In this document: piece by piece, positions 18,143 through 28,044 of the stretch | How positions within the stretch are numbered: the first letter of the stretch is position 1 | Layout of the letters: every line of letters begins with the position of its first letter | Assembly (NCBI GenBank): GCA_026388695.1 | Contig: JAPLJH010000063.1 | Location: 12,205-76,204, forward strand | DNA from: Deltaproteobacteria bacterium | GTDB lineage: Bacteria > Desulfobacterota > Desulfobulbia > Desulfobulbales > Desulfurivibrionaceae | DNA length: 64,000 bases | Direction: 5' to 3' | Notes under the pieces: model-generated | Told to the model about the DNA's origin: nothing | Databases searched by the model: none | What the model saw: the letters and a program-made list of their open reading frames with translations, nothing else | Translations under genes and position numbers: made by a program

Positions 18143-19930
18143 ATGCAATCACAACATAAAGTAAAATATAAAGGATACTTCTTGTCCAGAATTGAGAAAA
18201 TCTGGGAGATAGCTCCCATTGATCACGCCCGCGTAAGCCTGTTGGCGGCCGAGTTGGAACTGCCGGAACCGCTGGCCGCCATTCTTTTGGGTAGAGGGGT
18301 GGAAAGCCGGGCGCAGGCGGAGCGGTTTTTTGCTCCCTCCCTGGCTGATCTGCCTTCGCCCTTTCTGATGACGGGGATGCCGGAGGCGGTGGCGGTTGTT
18401 TTGCAGGCCCTTGCCAAGCAGGCTCCGGTGATTGTCTATGGCGATTACGATGTGGATGGCACCACCGGTGCCGCGCTGCTTTTTATTTTCCTGAAAAATG
18501 TCGGTTTTACGGATGTATACGTCTGTCAACCTCATCGTTTACTTGAGGGATATGGGCTGCATCTTGAGGCGATTCTGCGGGCCGTACCACCAGGGGTTTT
18601 GGAGCAGGCGCCCCTGGTGATTACCGTTGATTGCGGCATTTCAAGCAATATTCAGGTCCGGCAGTTGCAGGATCTCGGCTGCCAGGTCGTGGTGACGGAT
18701 CACCATCAACCACCCGAGGAATTGCCCAAGGCTGAGGCGGTGTTGGACCCGCAACAAAAAGGCTGTGGGTTTCCTGAGAAAAACCTGGCCGGGGTCGGGG
18801 TTGCCTTTTATCTGGCCATGGGAATCCGAAAGGCGTTGCATGAGCAGGGTCTCTTTAAGGAAGGGCAGGAGATTCCCAACCTCAAATCCTATCTTGATCT
18901 GGTTGCCGTTGGCACTGTGGCAGATATGGTCCCGATAATAGGTATAAATCGCATACTAGTTAAAGCAGGGCTTGAGGTCTTGGCCGGTTCTGTTCGGCCC
19001 GGACTTGCGGAACTCAGCCGGGTTTCAGGCATCAGCGGCGCCGGGGTAACCTGCGAGGATATCGGCTATCGGATCGGGCCTCGCCTCAATGCTGCCGGGC
19101 GAATGGGGGATGCCGGTCGGGCTTTGGAATTGTTGATTTCGCAAGACCAGGAGGACGCCAAAAAGCTTGCCCTGGAATTGAACGCTGAAAACGAACTGAG
19201 GAAATCCGTGCTTGAGGCAATGTGTCAGGAGGCGGTTGTTCTGGCGGAAACAGCTGTGAAGGCTGGGAAGAAGGGGCTGATTATTACCGGAGAAGGCTGG
19301 CATCCCGGAGTGATCGGCATTGGCGCGGCCCGAATGGTCGAAAAGTTTAATCGGCCCACGCTGTTTTTCACTATTAAAGATGGCATGGCAAAAGGTTCCG
19401 GGCGGTCGGTGTCCGGGGTGAATCTGCACGGATTACTTAAGGAAAGGGATGAGCTTTTCACAGCCTTTGGCGGGCATAAAGCCGCCGTGGGGTTGACCCT
19501 GCCTGCGGAAAATCTCCCTGAGCTGGAAGCACATTTTCAGCAACGACTGGGCGAGATCGTAACGGATACGATGCTTGTCCCTAAGGTTGGCATCGCCTGG
19601 CATGAAGAGCATGACGGTATTTTTGAACCGGGATTCCTGCGGATGTATGAAAAAATGGCCCCATTTGGCATGGGGAATCCTGAGCCGGTTTTCAGCGCCC
19701 AGGGGTTGGCGGAGAAACCCCGTGAGGTTGGCGTGAATCATTTAAAGTTCACCGTGCGATTCAACGGTGCGATTCTGGACGGCATTGGTTTTGGTCTGGC
19801 CGGAGATTTTCAAGGTCTTATTGAAGGTGGCCAGCCCTTGAATGTGGCCTTCAAGCTTCGCCGTAATACGTATCGCGATAAAACGAGCTGGCAGGTGGAA
19901 GCGGTGGATTTCAAGCAGTTATCGCCCTGA
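18143..19930 (+). CDS. recJ: ssDNA-specific exonuclease
   Basis: GDYDVDG, DCG, DHH, GPRLNAAGR, GSGRS, GGHKAAVG, PFGMGNPEP. Confidence 0.95.
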   Translation: MQSQHKVKYKGYFLSRIEKIWEIAPIDHARVSLLAAELELPEPLAAILLGRGVESRAQAERFFAPSLADLPSPFLMTGMPEAVAVVLQALAKQAPVIVYGDYDVDGTTGAALLFIFLKNVGFTDVYVCQPHRLLEGYGLHLEAILRAVPPGVLEQAPLVITVDCGISSNIQVRQLQDLGCQVVVTDHHQPPEELPKAEAVLDPQQKGCGFPEKNLAGVGVAFYLAMGIRKALHEQGLFKEGQEIPNLKSYLDLVAVGTVADMVPIIGINRILVKAGLEVLAGSVRPGLAELSRVSGISGAGVTCEDIGYRIGPRLNAAGRMGDAGRALELLISQDQEDAKKLALELNAENELRKSVLEAMCQEAVVLAETAVKAGKKGLIITGEGWHPGVIGIGAARMVEKFNRPTLFFTIKDGMAKGSGRSVSGVNLHGLLKERDELFTAFGGHKAAVGLTLPAENLPELEAHFQQRLGEIVTDTMLVPKVGIAWHEEHDGIFEPGFLRMYEKMAPFGMGNPEPVFSAQGLAEKPREVGVNHLKFTVRFNGAILDGIGFGLAGDFQGLIEGGQPLNVAFKLRRNTYRDKTSWQVEAVDFKQLSP

Positions 19931-20117
19931 TTTTATTTGTTTTTATTTTAGTATACATAATATACATTATGCGACGTTGCGTATTGAGGTGAAACTTGAG
20001 GCGGCTGACGCCCCCCCTTTCACGAGCATTTTTTCTGTTTTCTTGGTAAAGAATCCCCTGTTATTGAAGCCGATAATTTCGGGTGAATCTGTATCGAACA
20101 AATCACATTATTGAGAG

Positions 20118-21575
20118 ATGGAGATGGTTATGAATCGTGATATCTATCAGGAGCCCTTGGTCAGTCGCTACACCAGTCGCGAGATGCAGGAGCTTTTTTC
20201 CGAACGTACCAAGTTTGAAACCTGGCGCCGCTGCTGGATTGCCCTGGCCGAGGCCCAGCATGAGATGGGTCTTTCCGATCTCGTAACCAGCGCCATGCTT
20301 GATGAGTTGCGGGCTCATGCCACGGATATAGATTTCGAGGTGGCCGCAGCCAAGGAAAAAGAAATCCGCCATGATGTCATGGCCCATGTCTATGCCTATG
20401 GATTGAAGTGCCCTACTGCCGAGCCGATTATCCATCTCGGCGCAACTTCGCAGTTTGTAGGATGCAACACCGATTTGCTGCTCCAAAAAAAGGGTTTGCA
20501 GCTCGTTAAGAAGAGCTTGGTCAATGTCATTGCCAATCTCGCCGCCTTCTGTCGTCAGCACAAAGGGCTCGCAACCCTGGGGTACACCCATTATCAGGCA
20601 GCCCAGCCCACCACGGTTGGCAAGCGTAACACCCTGTATCTTCAAGATTTGCTTATGGATCTTGACTATATCGAACATCTGGAATTGCAGGTTAAAGCGC
20701 GTGGGGCAAAAGGCACGGTCGGTACCCAGGCAACCTTTATCGAACTCTTTAAGGGAGATCACGATAAGGTGCGCAAAATGGATGAGCTTGTCGCGGCAAA
20801 GCTCGGATTTACTGATCTTTTTGCAGTTACAGGGCAAACATATACCCGCAAGCTTGATATGAAGACCGTGGAGACCCTGGCCGGTATCGGTGCCACTGCC
20901 CACAAGTTTGCCGTGGATCTTCGCTTGCTCAGCAACCTCAAGGTTCAGGAAGAGCCCTTTGAAAAGAATCAGGTCGGCAGTTCGGCCATGGCCTACAAGC
21001 GCAACCCCATGCGCTCCGAGCGCATGACCGGTTTGGCGAGAAAGCTCATGGGGCTGGTAGGCAATTTCGGAGCGACCTACGCCAATCAGTGGTTTGAGCG
21101 CACCCTGGACGATTCGGCCATCCGACGTATGGATATCCCTCAGGCCTTTTTGCTCACCGATGCAATCTTAAAATTGTTTCTTAATGTTTCTAGCGGAATG
21201 GTTGTTTATCCGAAACAAATTGCCCGCCATTTGGCCCAGGAGCTTCCCTTCATGGCCACGGAGAAAATTCTCATGGCCTGTGTAGAGAAAGGAAAGAGCC
21301 GTCAGGAGATGCACGAGGTGGTTAAGGTGCATTCCGTTGCTGCTGGCAAGGTGGTCAAGGAAGAAGGAATGGAAAACGATCTGCTCACCCGGCTTGCCAA
21401 TGATCCGGCCGTGCCCTTTTCTGTGCAGGAACTCAAGGAGCTGGTTGGTGATGGCAGCGATTTTGTCGGTCGTGCCCCGCAGCAGACCGATGAATTTCTC
21501 GATGAGATTGTCATGCCCCGGCTTGCTCAGTACAAGGACATTCTTGGCGGGGTTGATTCCGCCCTGTCCGTGTGA
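20118..21575 (+). CDS. purB: Adenylosuccinate lyase
   Basis: RHDVMAH, GSSAMAYKRNP. Confidence 0.96.
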   Translation: MEMVMNRDIYQEPLVSRYTSREMQELFSERTKFETWRRCWIALAEAQHEMGLSDLVTSAMLDELRAHATDIDFEVAAAKEKEIRHDVMAHVYAYGLKCPTAEPIIHLGATSQFVGCNTDLLLQKKGLQLVKKSLVNVIANLAAFCRQHKGLATLGYTHYQAAQPTTVGKRNTLYLQDLLMDLDYIEHLELQVKARGAKGTVGTQATFIELFKGDHDKVRKMDELVAAKLGFTDLFAVTGQTYTRKLDMKTVETLAGIGATAHKFAVDLRLLSNLKVQEEPFEKNQVGSSAMAYKRNPMRSERMTGLARKLMGLVGNFGATYANQWFERTLDDSAIRRMDIPQAFLLTDAILKLFLNVSSGMVVYPKQIARHLAQELPFMATEKILMACVEKGKSRQEMHEVVKVHSVAAGKVVKEEGMENDLLTRLANDPAVPFSVQELKELVGDGSDFVGRAPQQTDEFLDEIVMPRLAQYKDILGGVDSALSV

Positions 21576-21805
21576 TGGAAATCATGGCAAGTTCCCTGGC
21601 CAGTCTCCGGATTCGCATTGACCCGGAACAGATCTATTTCCTGAAATTTATTCTCGAGGCCTATGATAACCTGACCATCATGTCCACAGTGGATCGGATC
21701 GATGGGGTGATGGAGCTCAAATATCCCCCCGAGTTGGAACAGGATGTGAAAGGGGTATTGCAGAGTATGGCCCAGCGCCTCAAACTGGAATATTTTGATA
21801 ATTGA
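21572..21805 (+). CDS. DUF4911-like small protein
   Basis: IYFLKFILEAYDNL..STVD pattern; position upstream of miaB. Confidence 0.65.
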   Translation: MMEIMASSLASLRIRIDPEQIYFLKFILEAYDNLTIMSTVDRIDGVMELKYPPELEQDVKGVLQSMAQRLKLEYFDN

Positions 21806-21822
21806 TAATCTCACAACAAGTT

Positions 21823-21926
21823 CGTCACCCCGGCGAAGGCCGGGGTCCAGCTGTTTTTAAGTCGTTATGCCCGAATGCTTTAGTCGGGCACCACATCCCT
21901 GGATTCCGGCCTTCGCCGGAATGACG
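21823..21926. repeat. REP-like palindromic doublet with a central third palindrome
   Basis: CGTCACCCCGGCGAAGGCCGGGGTCCAG ... TGCCCGA-ATGCTTTAG-TCGGGCA ... CTGGATTCCGGCCTTCGCCGGAATGACG; related to 42240-42321. Confidence 0.8.
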
Positions 21927-21963
21927 GCGAGAGCGTATCAACACCTAAGGTAAAGCATTAAGT

Positions 21964-23295
21964 ATGTCCCAGCGTCTCTATATTGAAACCTTTGGCTGCC
22001 AGATGAATGAGCGTGATTCCGAAATCATGGCCCAGCTTCTTGGCGAGCATTCCTATATCCAGACCGATCAGCCCGAACAGGCCGATGTGGTTGTGGTCAA
22101 CACCTGCAGTATCCGTGGCAAAGCCGCGCATAAGGCGTACAGCTGCTTTGGCCGGTACAAGAAGTTGAAGGCGAGGCACCACGATTTCATCTTGGCCGTG
22201 ACCGGGTGTGTGGCCCAGCAGGATGGTGCGGCCTTGCTGGAGCGGATGCCCTATATCGATATCGTCATGGGGCCGCAGTCGATCTACGCCCTGCCCTCCC
22301 TGGTGGCAGCATTCCGCCGGGATAGAAAACCCCTGGTGGCCACGGAGCTTTCCGCCGATTTCGTTATCCCCCCTTTTTTGCCCAACCTGGCGGAAGGCCC
22401 TTCGCATAAACGGTTTATTACCATCATGCAAGGGTGCGATAATTTCTGTACCTACTGCGTGGTGCCCTATACCCGGGGCCGCGAGATAAGCAGGAGTTTT
22501 GGCGATATTCTGGCCGAGGCAACCCATCTTGTGGGCCAGGGGGTTAAGGAGATCACCCTCATCGGGCAGAATGTCAATTCTTACGGCCAAAAAGGTTGCG
22601 ACACCAAGCAGAGCCAGGGTTTTCCCGAACTTCTCCGTGCAGTGGCCGCTATTGACGGCTTACAGCGGCTGCGTTTCACCTCTTCCCATCCCAAGGATCT
22701 TTCCGAAGAGCTGATGCGTTGTTTTGCCGAGATTCCCGTGCTCTGCCCGCACTTTCATCTTCCGGTTCAGTCCGGCTCAAACAGTATCCTGCAACGCATG
22801 AACCGCAAGTACACCATCGAAGCCTATCTCGAAAAGGCAGCCAGACTGCGGGAATACCGACCGGATATAGCTCTGACCACCGATATCATCGTTGGTTTTC
22901 CTGGCGAAACAGACGATGATTTTGCCGCCACCATGCAGGTGATGGAGACGGTGCAATACCACGGCTCCTATTCCTTCAAGTATTCCGATCGGCCCAACGC
23001 CAAGGCCGCTGATTTTCCCGACAAGGTCGCGGAAGCGGTCAAGACCGAGCGGCTGGCCCAATTGCAGGCGCGGCAGGAGGAGATTGCCCTTGTGCTCAAG
23101 CAGGCGGAGATTGGTAAAACTGTGGAAGTCATGGTGGAAGGGGCAAGCAAGTCTCCAGCCAATCAATGGAGCGGCCGAACCGGTGGTAATCAGATCGTGA
23201 ATTTTTCTTGCGAAGCCAAACTGGTTCCCGGTCAGTTGCTCATGGTCGAGATTGAGGGTGCTTGCCAGAACTCCTTACGGGGGAAAATGATCTAG
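21964..23295 (+). CDS. miaB: tRNA-2-methylthio-N6-dimethylallyladenosine synthase
   Basis: TFGCQMN, NTCSIR, GCDNFCTYC, C-terminal TRAM-like domain. Confidence 0.97.
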   Translation: MSQRLYIETFGCQMNERDSEIMAQLLGEHSYIQTDQPEQADVVVVNTCSIRGKAAHKAYSCFGRYKKLKARHHDFILAVTGCVAQQDGAALLERMPYIDIVMGPQSIYALPSLVAAFRRDRKPLVATELSADFVIPPFLPNLAEGPSHKRFITIMQGCDNFCTYCVVPYTRGREISRSFGDILAEATHLVGQGVKEITLIGQNVNSYGQKGCDTKQSQGFPELLRAVAAIDGLQRLRFTSSHPKDLSEELMRCFAEIPVLCPHFHLPVQSGSNSILQRMNRKYTIEAYLEKAARLREYRPDIALTTDIIVGFPGETDDDFAATMQVMETVQYHGSYSFKYSDRPNAKAADFPDKVAEAVKTERLAQLQARQEEIALVLKQAEIGKTVEVMVEGASKSPANQWSGRTGGNQIVNFSCEAKLVPGQLLMVEIEGACQNSLRGKMI

Positions 23296-23386
23296 CCTGA
23301 AAAAGCCAGGACATCTGGCTTTGGTTGTGTGCTATGATGACGATAAATTCAGTATCCTGTTTTTGTGTTTTGCAAGGAAACCCAAC

Positions 23387-24169
23387 TTGATCAAAAAGAA
23401 GCTGCAAGCTGTACAAAAACGTCTCGAAGCGTCGCTTGAAGAAATTAGAGCTTCGCATTCTCACAGAGGCAATCGGGGGTCGGTTGCAGAGGTAGTGGTT
23501 CGTGCGTTCTTGCGAGAATATTTACCTCCAGATAATCGAGTTGGTGAAGGTGAGATAATCGACTCGAAAGAGCACATATCCACACAACTAGATATTGTTA
23601 TAACCAACCCTAATCATCCCTATATTAATGATCTCAAGGAACCAGGATTATTTTTAATTGAAGGTGTTGCGGCAGCAGGAGAGGTAAAAACAAACCTCAA
23701 CAGCAAAGATATTGACACTCTTATTCAGAGCTGCATTTCTTATAAGAATCTGCAAATAATCCACCAAGCCGGTACGCAAATATATTCCAACGACTCGGAT
23801 ATAAAACGGTTCATCGATCACCGACCATATTTTGTATTTGCTTTTGAATCACAAATCACCATCGAAACGATTCACTCGAAGCTTGACGACTACTATGCGG
23901 AGAATAATACCCCAGTAGAAAATCAGATTGATGCTGTTTTTTGTCTTGATCGAGGCGCGATAATCAATTTTGGTGACGGACAGGGGGCGCTTAAATGGTC
24001 AAAGCCAAACCAGAGCAGCGTTCCAGGCATCCACATAGTGGAATTTGGGCCAGACAATGTATTACTGAGCCTCTTGTCATGGTTAAGCATATCCATACAA
24101 CGTATTACTCTGTTTCACTCACCTTTGGTTGATTACCTGATTAGCAAAAAGCCAGTTGCAGAATGTTAG
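23387..24169 (+). CDS. DUF6602-like PD-(D/E)xK-fold protein
   Basis: GSVAE..FLREYLP..GEIID..STQLDIVI..GEVK; AT-rich; TTG start after AAGGA. Confidence 0.65.
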   Translation: MIKKKLQAVQKRLEASLEEIRASHSHRGNRGSVAEVVVRAFLREYLPPDNRVGEGEIIDSKEHISTQLDIVITNPNHPYINDLKEPGLFLIEGVAAAGEVKTNLNSKDIDTLIQSCISYKNLQIIHQAGTQIYSNDSDIKRFIDHRPYFVFAFESQITIETIHSKLDDYYAENNTPVENQIDAVFCLDRGAIINFGDGQGALKWSKPNQSSVPGIHIVEFGPDNVLLSLLSWLSISIQRITLFHSPLVDYLISKKPVAEC

Positions 24170-24190
24170 CCCTAAAAATGGAGACCTCCC

Positions 24191-24841
24191 ATGATCGACC
24201 TACATACCCACTCCCTGTTCAGCGACGGTGAACTTGTTCCGGCCGAGCATCTGCGCCGAGTGGAAATCCTCGGTTATTCAGCCATTGCCATCACCGATCA
24301 CGCCGACTCCTCCAATCTGGATTTCATCATCCCCCGCATTGTGCAGGCGGCGGCTGATCTGAACAAGTACTCCAAAACCCAGCTTCTGCCCGGCATCGAA
24401 CTGACCCATGTGCCGCTGGAGCAGATTGCCGAACTCACCCGCAGGGCACGGCAGCTTGGGGCCAAGATCGTGGTCGGCCACGGGGAAACCCCGGTTGAGC
24501 CGGTGCGGCCTGGAACCAATCGGGCCACCCTTGAGGCGGGCGTGGATATCCTGGCTCACCCCGGTTTCATTACCCTTGAAGAGGCCAAACTTGCCGCGGA
24601 CAAGGGCATCCTCCTTGAGCTGTCCGGCCGTAGGGGGCACTCGCTCACCAATGGGCATGTGGCTAAGATGGCTCTGGCCGCAGGCGCTGGATTGGCGGTG
24701 AACGCCGACGCCCATGGTCCTGGCGACTTTCTCACCGCAAAAATGGCGGAGATGGTGGCCCTCGGCGCCGGACTCTCCCTCGAGGAGTATGCCAAAATCC
24801 GCAAAGCCATGGCGGCGCTGGTTGCGAAGGTTACAGCCTGA
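24191..24841 (+). CDS. PHP-domain (histidinol-phosphatase-like) protein
   Basis: DLHTHS..SDG, ITDHAD, AHPG, DAH. Confidence 0.88.
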   Translation: MIDLHTHSLFSDGELVPAEHLRRVEILGYSAIAITDHADSSNLDFIIPRIVQAAADLNKYSKTQLLPGIELTHVPLEQIAELTRRARQLGAKIVVGHGETPVEPVRPGTNRATLEAGVDILAHPGFITLEEAKLAADKGILLELSGRRGHSLTNGHVAKMALAAGAGLAVNADAHGPGDFLTAKMAEMVALGAGLSLEEYAKIRKAMAALVAKVTA

Positions 24842-24882
24842 TTTTTCCCGGAATTACTCTAACAAAGGGGCTAGAAAATTAT

Positions 24883-25767
24883 ATGCCAGTAGAGACTTTT
24901 GCCGAAGGCCAGGAATACAGCAATGCATCTGAGTATCTTGTGTTCACTTCCGCCAATCAGAAATTTGGCTTGAGGCAGGAGGTTCTGGTTGCGATCATCG
25001 ACATGCCCAACCACACCCTGATTCCGCGCATGCCTTCTCATATGCGGGGCGTCATAGATTATATGGGCCAGGCTGTGCCTGTGTACGATATCCGGAAGAA
25101 AATGGGGCTTCCTCCTCTGGCAGAGGAGACCAACCTCCTGATCGACTCTCTTGTCCAGCGCAAGCAAGACCATCTTTCCTGGCTGGAAAAACTGAAGGAT
25201 CAGGTTGCCCACAGCCAGGAAATCTCGGTACAGACAGACCCCCATAAATGCGCCTTTGGTCTCTGGTATGACGCCTGCAAGTTTCACAGTTATAACATAA
25301 CCGACTACATGGCTAACTTTGACGCCCCGCACAAAAGGATTCATTCCCTGGCCATTGAGGTGAGTATCCTTATCCAGGCCGGAAAACTTGAAGCAGCAAA
25401 AGATGTTATTCATCAAGCGGAAAATGATGAGCTGCAAACTCTGCTCATCTTGTTTGATGGGGCAGCCAAGAAGATAAAGCAATTCACCTACGAATATGCG
25501 GTTATTTTAGAACGTGCCAGTGGTCAGCGTGTTTCTATCCTTGCCGATAACCTCGAATACTTCGGCCTGCTTGACGAGGTTGTCTCTCCCCTGCCAATCG
25601 CCTTTGCCCAACAGCACAATAATTTCATAGACGCTTTGGGACGGAAAACCAAGGGGGATGGCAAGGAAGAGATTCTTATCCTGAACATCGAAAAATTCCT
25701 GCTTGATGAAACGGGCAACCCACCGTCGCCATTGTCGGATGGGCCTGAAATCTCACCTGCTTCCTGA
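24883..25767 (+). CDS. CheW-like protein with an inserted CZB zinc-binding domain
   Basis: CheW-like GVIDYMG..PVYDIR; DHLSW..DPHKCAFGLWY..HKRIH. Confidence 0.75.
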   Translation: MPVETFAEGQEYSNASEYLVFTSANQKFGLRQEVLVAIIDMPNHTLIPRMPSHMRGVIDYMGQAVPVYDIRKKMGLPPLAEETNLLIDSLVQRKQDHLSWLEKLKDQVAHSQEISVQTDPHKCAFGLWYDACKFHSYNITDYMANFDAPHKRIHSLAIEVSILIQAGKLEAAKDVIHQAENDELQTLLILFDGAAKKIKQFTYEYAVILERASGQRVSILADNLEYFGLLDEVVSPLPIAFAQQHNNFIDALGRKTKGDGKEEILILNIEKFLLDETGNPPSPLSDGPEISPAS

Positions 25768-25777
25768 AGATTTGGGG

Positions 25778-26566
25778 ATGGGGAAATCCCATCATTTTTC
25801 TTGGTATCCTGGGGATAATCATTTGGAAGCCTTCCTTGACGTCACCATCCTCCCGCAGCCCGACCTCACCACCTGCGGCCCGACCTGTCTCCATGCCGTG
25901 TACCAATACTACGGCGACGACATCCCACTGACTCAAGTGATCGACGAGGTGAAAAGCCTGGAAACCGGCGGTACCCTGGATGTCTTCCTCGCCTGCCACG
26001 CCCTGCAGCGCGGTTACAAGGCACGAATCTACACCTACAACCTCCAGGTTTTCGACCCCACCTGGTTTCTTCATGGCCCGGAGTATATCGAGGAACGGCT
26101 CTTGGCCCAGATGGAGGTCAAGGACGATGCAAAACTCCACCTTGCCACCCGGGGCTACCTCAACTTTCTCAACCTTGGCGGGGAACTGCGTTTCGCCGAT
26201 CTCACCCCTTCCCTGCTCCGCAAATATCTGAAACGCTCCATCCCGGTGCTCACCGGCCTAAGTTCCACCTATCTCTACCGGAGCATGCGGGAATACGGCG
26301 ATCTCTGCGAGGATGACGATGTGCGCGGCCATGTCTCCGGCCATTTTGTTCTGCTCTGCGGCTACAACCGGCCCGACCGGCTGGTGGCCATCGCCGATCC
26401 GCACATGGATAACCCCATGGCCGACGGCCAGAAATACGAGGTCTCCATTGACCGGGTTATCTGTTCCATCCTGCTGGGCATCGTGACCTACGACGCCAAT
26501 CTGCTGATCATCGAGCCGGGTAGGAAAAATGGGAATGGCCGGGCGAATCAGGCGGTGAGTGCATGA
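25778..26566 (+). CDS. Peptidase C39-like (papain-fold) protein
   Basis: QPDLTTCGPTCL, GHFVLLCGY, IADP (Gln/Cys/His/Asp catalytic set); start uncertain. Confidence 0.8.
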   Translation: MGKSHHFSWYPGDNHLEAFLDVTILPQPDLTTCGPTCLHAVYQYYGDDIPLTQVIDEVKSLETGGTLDVFLACHALQRGYKARIYTYNLQVFDPTWFLHGPEYIEERLLAQMEVKDDAKLHLATRGYLNFLNLGGELRFADLTPSLLRKYLKRSIPVLTGLSSTYLYRSMREYGDLCEDDDVRGHVSGHFVLLCGYNRPDRLVAIADPHMDNPMADGQKYEVSIDRVICSILLGIVTYDANLLIIEPGRKNGNGRANQAVSA

Positions 26567-28044
26567 AGGTTTTGATCGTCGTCAACGACCCCAAGGACTG
26601 GCCCCTGGCCATCAGCGACGTGGAGATCGTCCCGGCCCGCGCCTACCTTACCGATGCCGCCTATGCGGAGATGACCTCGGCCAGGGTGTTCAACCTGTGC
26701 AAATCCTATCGCTACCAGAGCACTGGCTATTATGTTTCGCTGCTGGCCGCAGCCCGCGGGCACAAGCCTTTGCCGGATGTGGCCACTATCCAGGATTTCA
26801 AGACCCAGGCCATTATCCGCATCGCCTCCGACGATCTGGACCAGATCATCCAGCAGAGCTTGGGCCAGATTAAATCGTCGGAGTTTGTGGTGAGCATCTA
26901 TTTTGGCCATAATGTGGCCAAGAGGCACGAAAAGCTTGCCCAACAGTTGTTCAAGATATTTCAGGCCCCTTTTCTGCGCGCCAGCTTCAGCCATAATGAC
27001 AAAGAGGGGAAATGGCAGTTGGCTGGGATCACCCCCATTGCGGCCAGCGATATTCCCGAGGACCACCGCGATTTTGCGGTGGATATGGCCCGTGAATATT
27101 TCAAGGGCCGACATCGCATCTTTCATCGGCGGCGCACCGCGCGCTATGATCTGGCCATTCTTCACGACCCGGCCGAGGCGGAAGCACCCTCCAATGCCAA
27201 GGCCTTGCAGCGCATGGTCAAGGCGGCGGAGGCTGTGGGCTTTGCCACGGAGTTCATTCAAAAAGATGATTACGGCAGGCTTGCTGAGTTTGACGCCTTG
27301 TTTATCCGAGAAACCACCAGCGTTCTCCACCACACCTACCGTTTCGCCCGCAGAGCCGCGGCTGAAGGGTTGGTGGTGATCGATGACCCTGAATCGATTT
27401 TGCGCTGCACCAACAAGGTGTTTCTGGCGGAGATTCTGACCCGACACCGGATTCCCATCCCTAAGAGCCGCATTGTCCACTCGGGGAACTGGCAGCAGCT
27501 CAGCGTGGAGTTGGGCTTCCCCTGTGTGCTCAAGCGGCCGGACAGCTCTTTTTCCCAAGGTGTGGTCAAGGTGGGAAACGAGACGGAGTTGGCCCGCGAG
27601 CTTCCGGCCCTGCTGCAGAAATCAGAGCTGGTCATTGCCCAGGAGTTCATGCCCACCACCTATGATTGGCGGGTCGGCATTTTTGATGGGCAGCCGCTCT
27701 TTGTCTGCAAATATTTCATGGCCCCGAAGCATTGGCAGATCATCAAGCGCGACCAGGATGGGCGTAAGCTCACCGATGGCGAGGCAGAAACCCTGCCGGT
27801 GGAGCATTGTCCCCCTGGCCTGATCAAGCTGGCGCTCAAGGCCTCGGCCCTCATCGGCGACGGCCTCTACGGGGTGGATATCAAACAGGTCGGCAAGCGT
27901 TTCTATCTCATCGAGATCAACGACAACCCTAATATCGATGCGGGGGTGGAAGACAAGGTGTTGAAGGACGAGCTGTACCTGCGCCTGATGCGGGTCTTCG
28001 CCCGCAGGGTGGACGAGCGTAAGGGCGGTGGGTTGTGGGCGTGA
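26563..28044 (+). CDS. RimK-like ATP-grasp ligase with N-terminal RLAN domain
   Basis: NLCKSYRYQSTGYYVSLLAAARGH; FIRETT, PCVLK.PDSSFS.GV, QEF, YGVDIK, EINDNP. Confidence 0.9.
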   Translation: MKVLIVVNDPKDWPLAISDVEIVPARAYLTDAAYAEMTSARVFNLCKSYRYQSTGYYVSLLAAARGHKPLPDVATIQDFKTQAIIRIASDDLDQIIQQSLGQIKSSEFVVSIYFGHNVAKRHEKLAQQLFKIFQAPFLRASFSHNDKEGKWQLAGITPIAASDIPEDHRDFAVDMAREYFKGRHRIFHRRRTARYDLAILHDPAEAEAPSNAKALQRMVKAAEAVGFATEFIQKDDYGRLAEFDALFIRETTSVLHHTYRFARRAAAEGLVVIDDPESILRCTNKVFLAEILTRHRIPIPKSRIVHSGNWQQLSVELGFPCVLKRPDSSFSQGVVKVGNETELARELPALLQKSELVIAQEFMPTTYDWRVGIFDGQPLFVCKYFMAPKHWQIIKRDQDGRKLTDGEAETLPVEHCPPGLIKLALKASALIGDGLYGVDIKQVGKRFYLIEINDNPNIDAGVEDKVLKDELYLRLMRVFARRVDERKGGGLWA

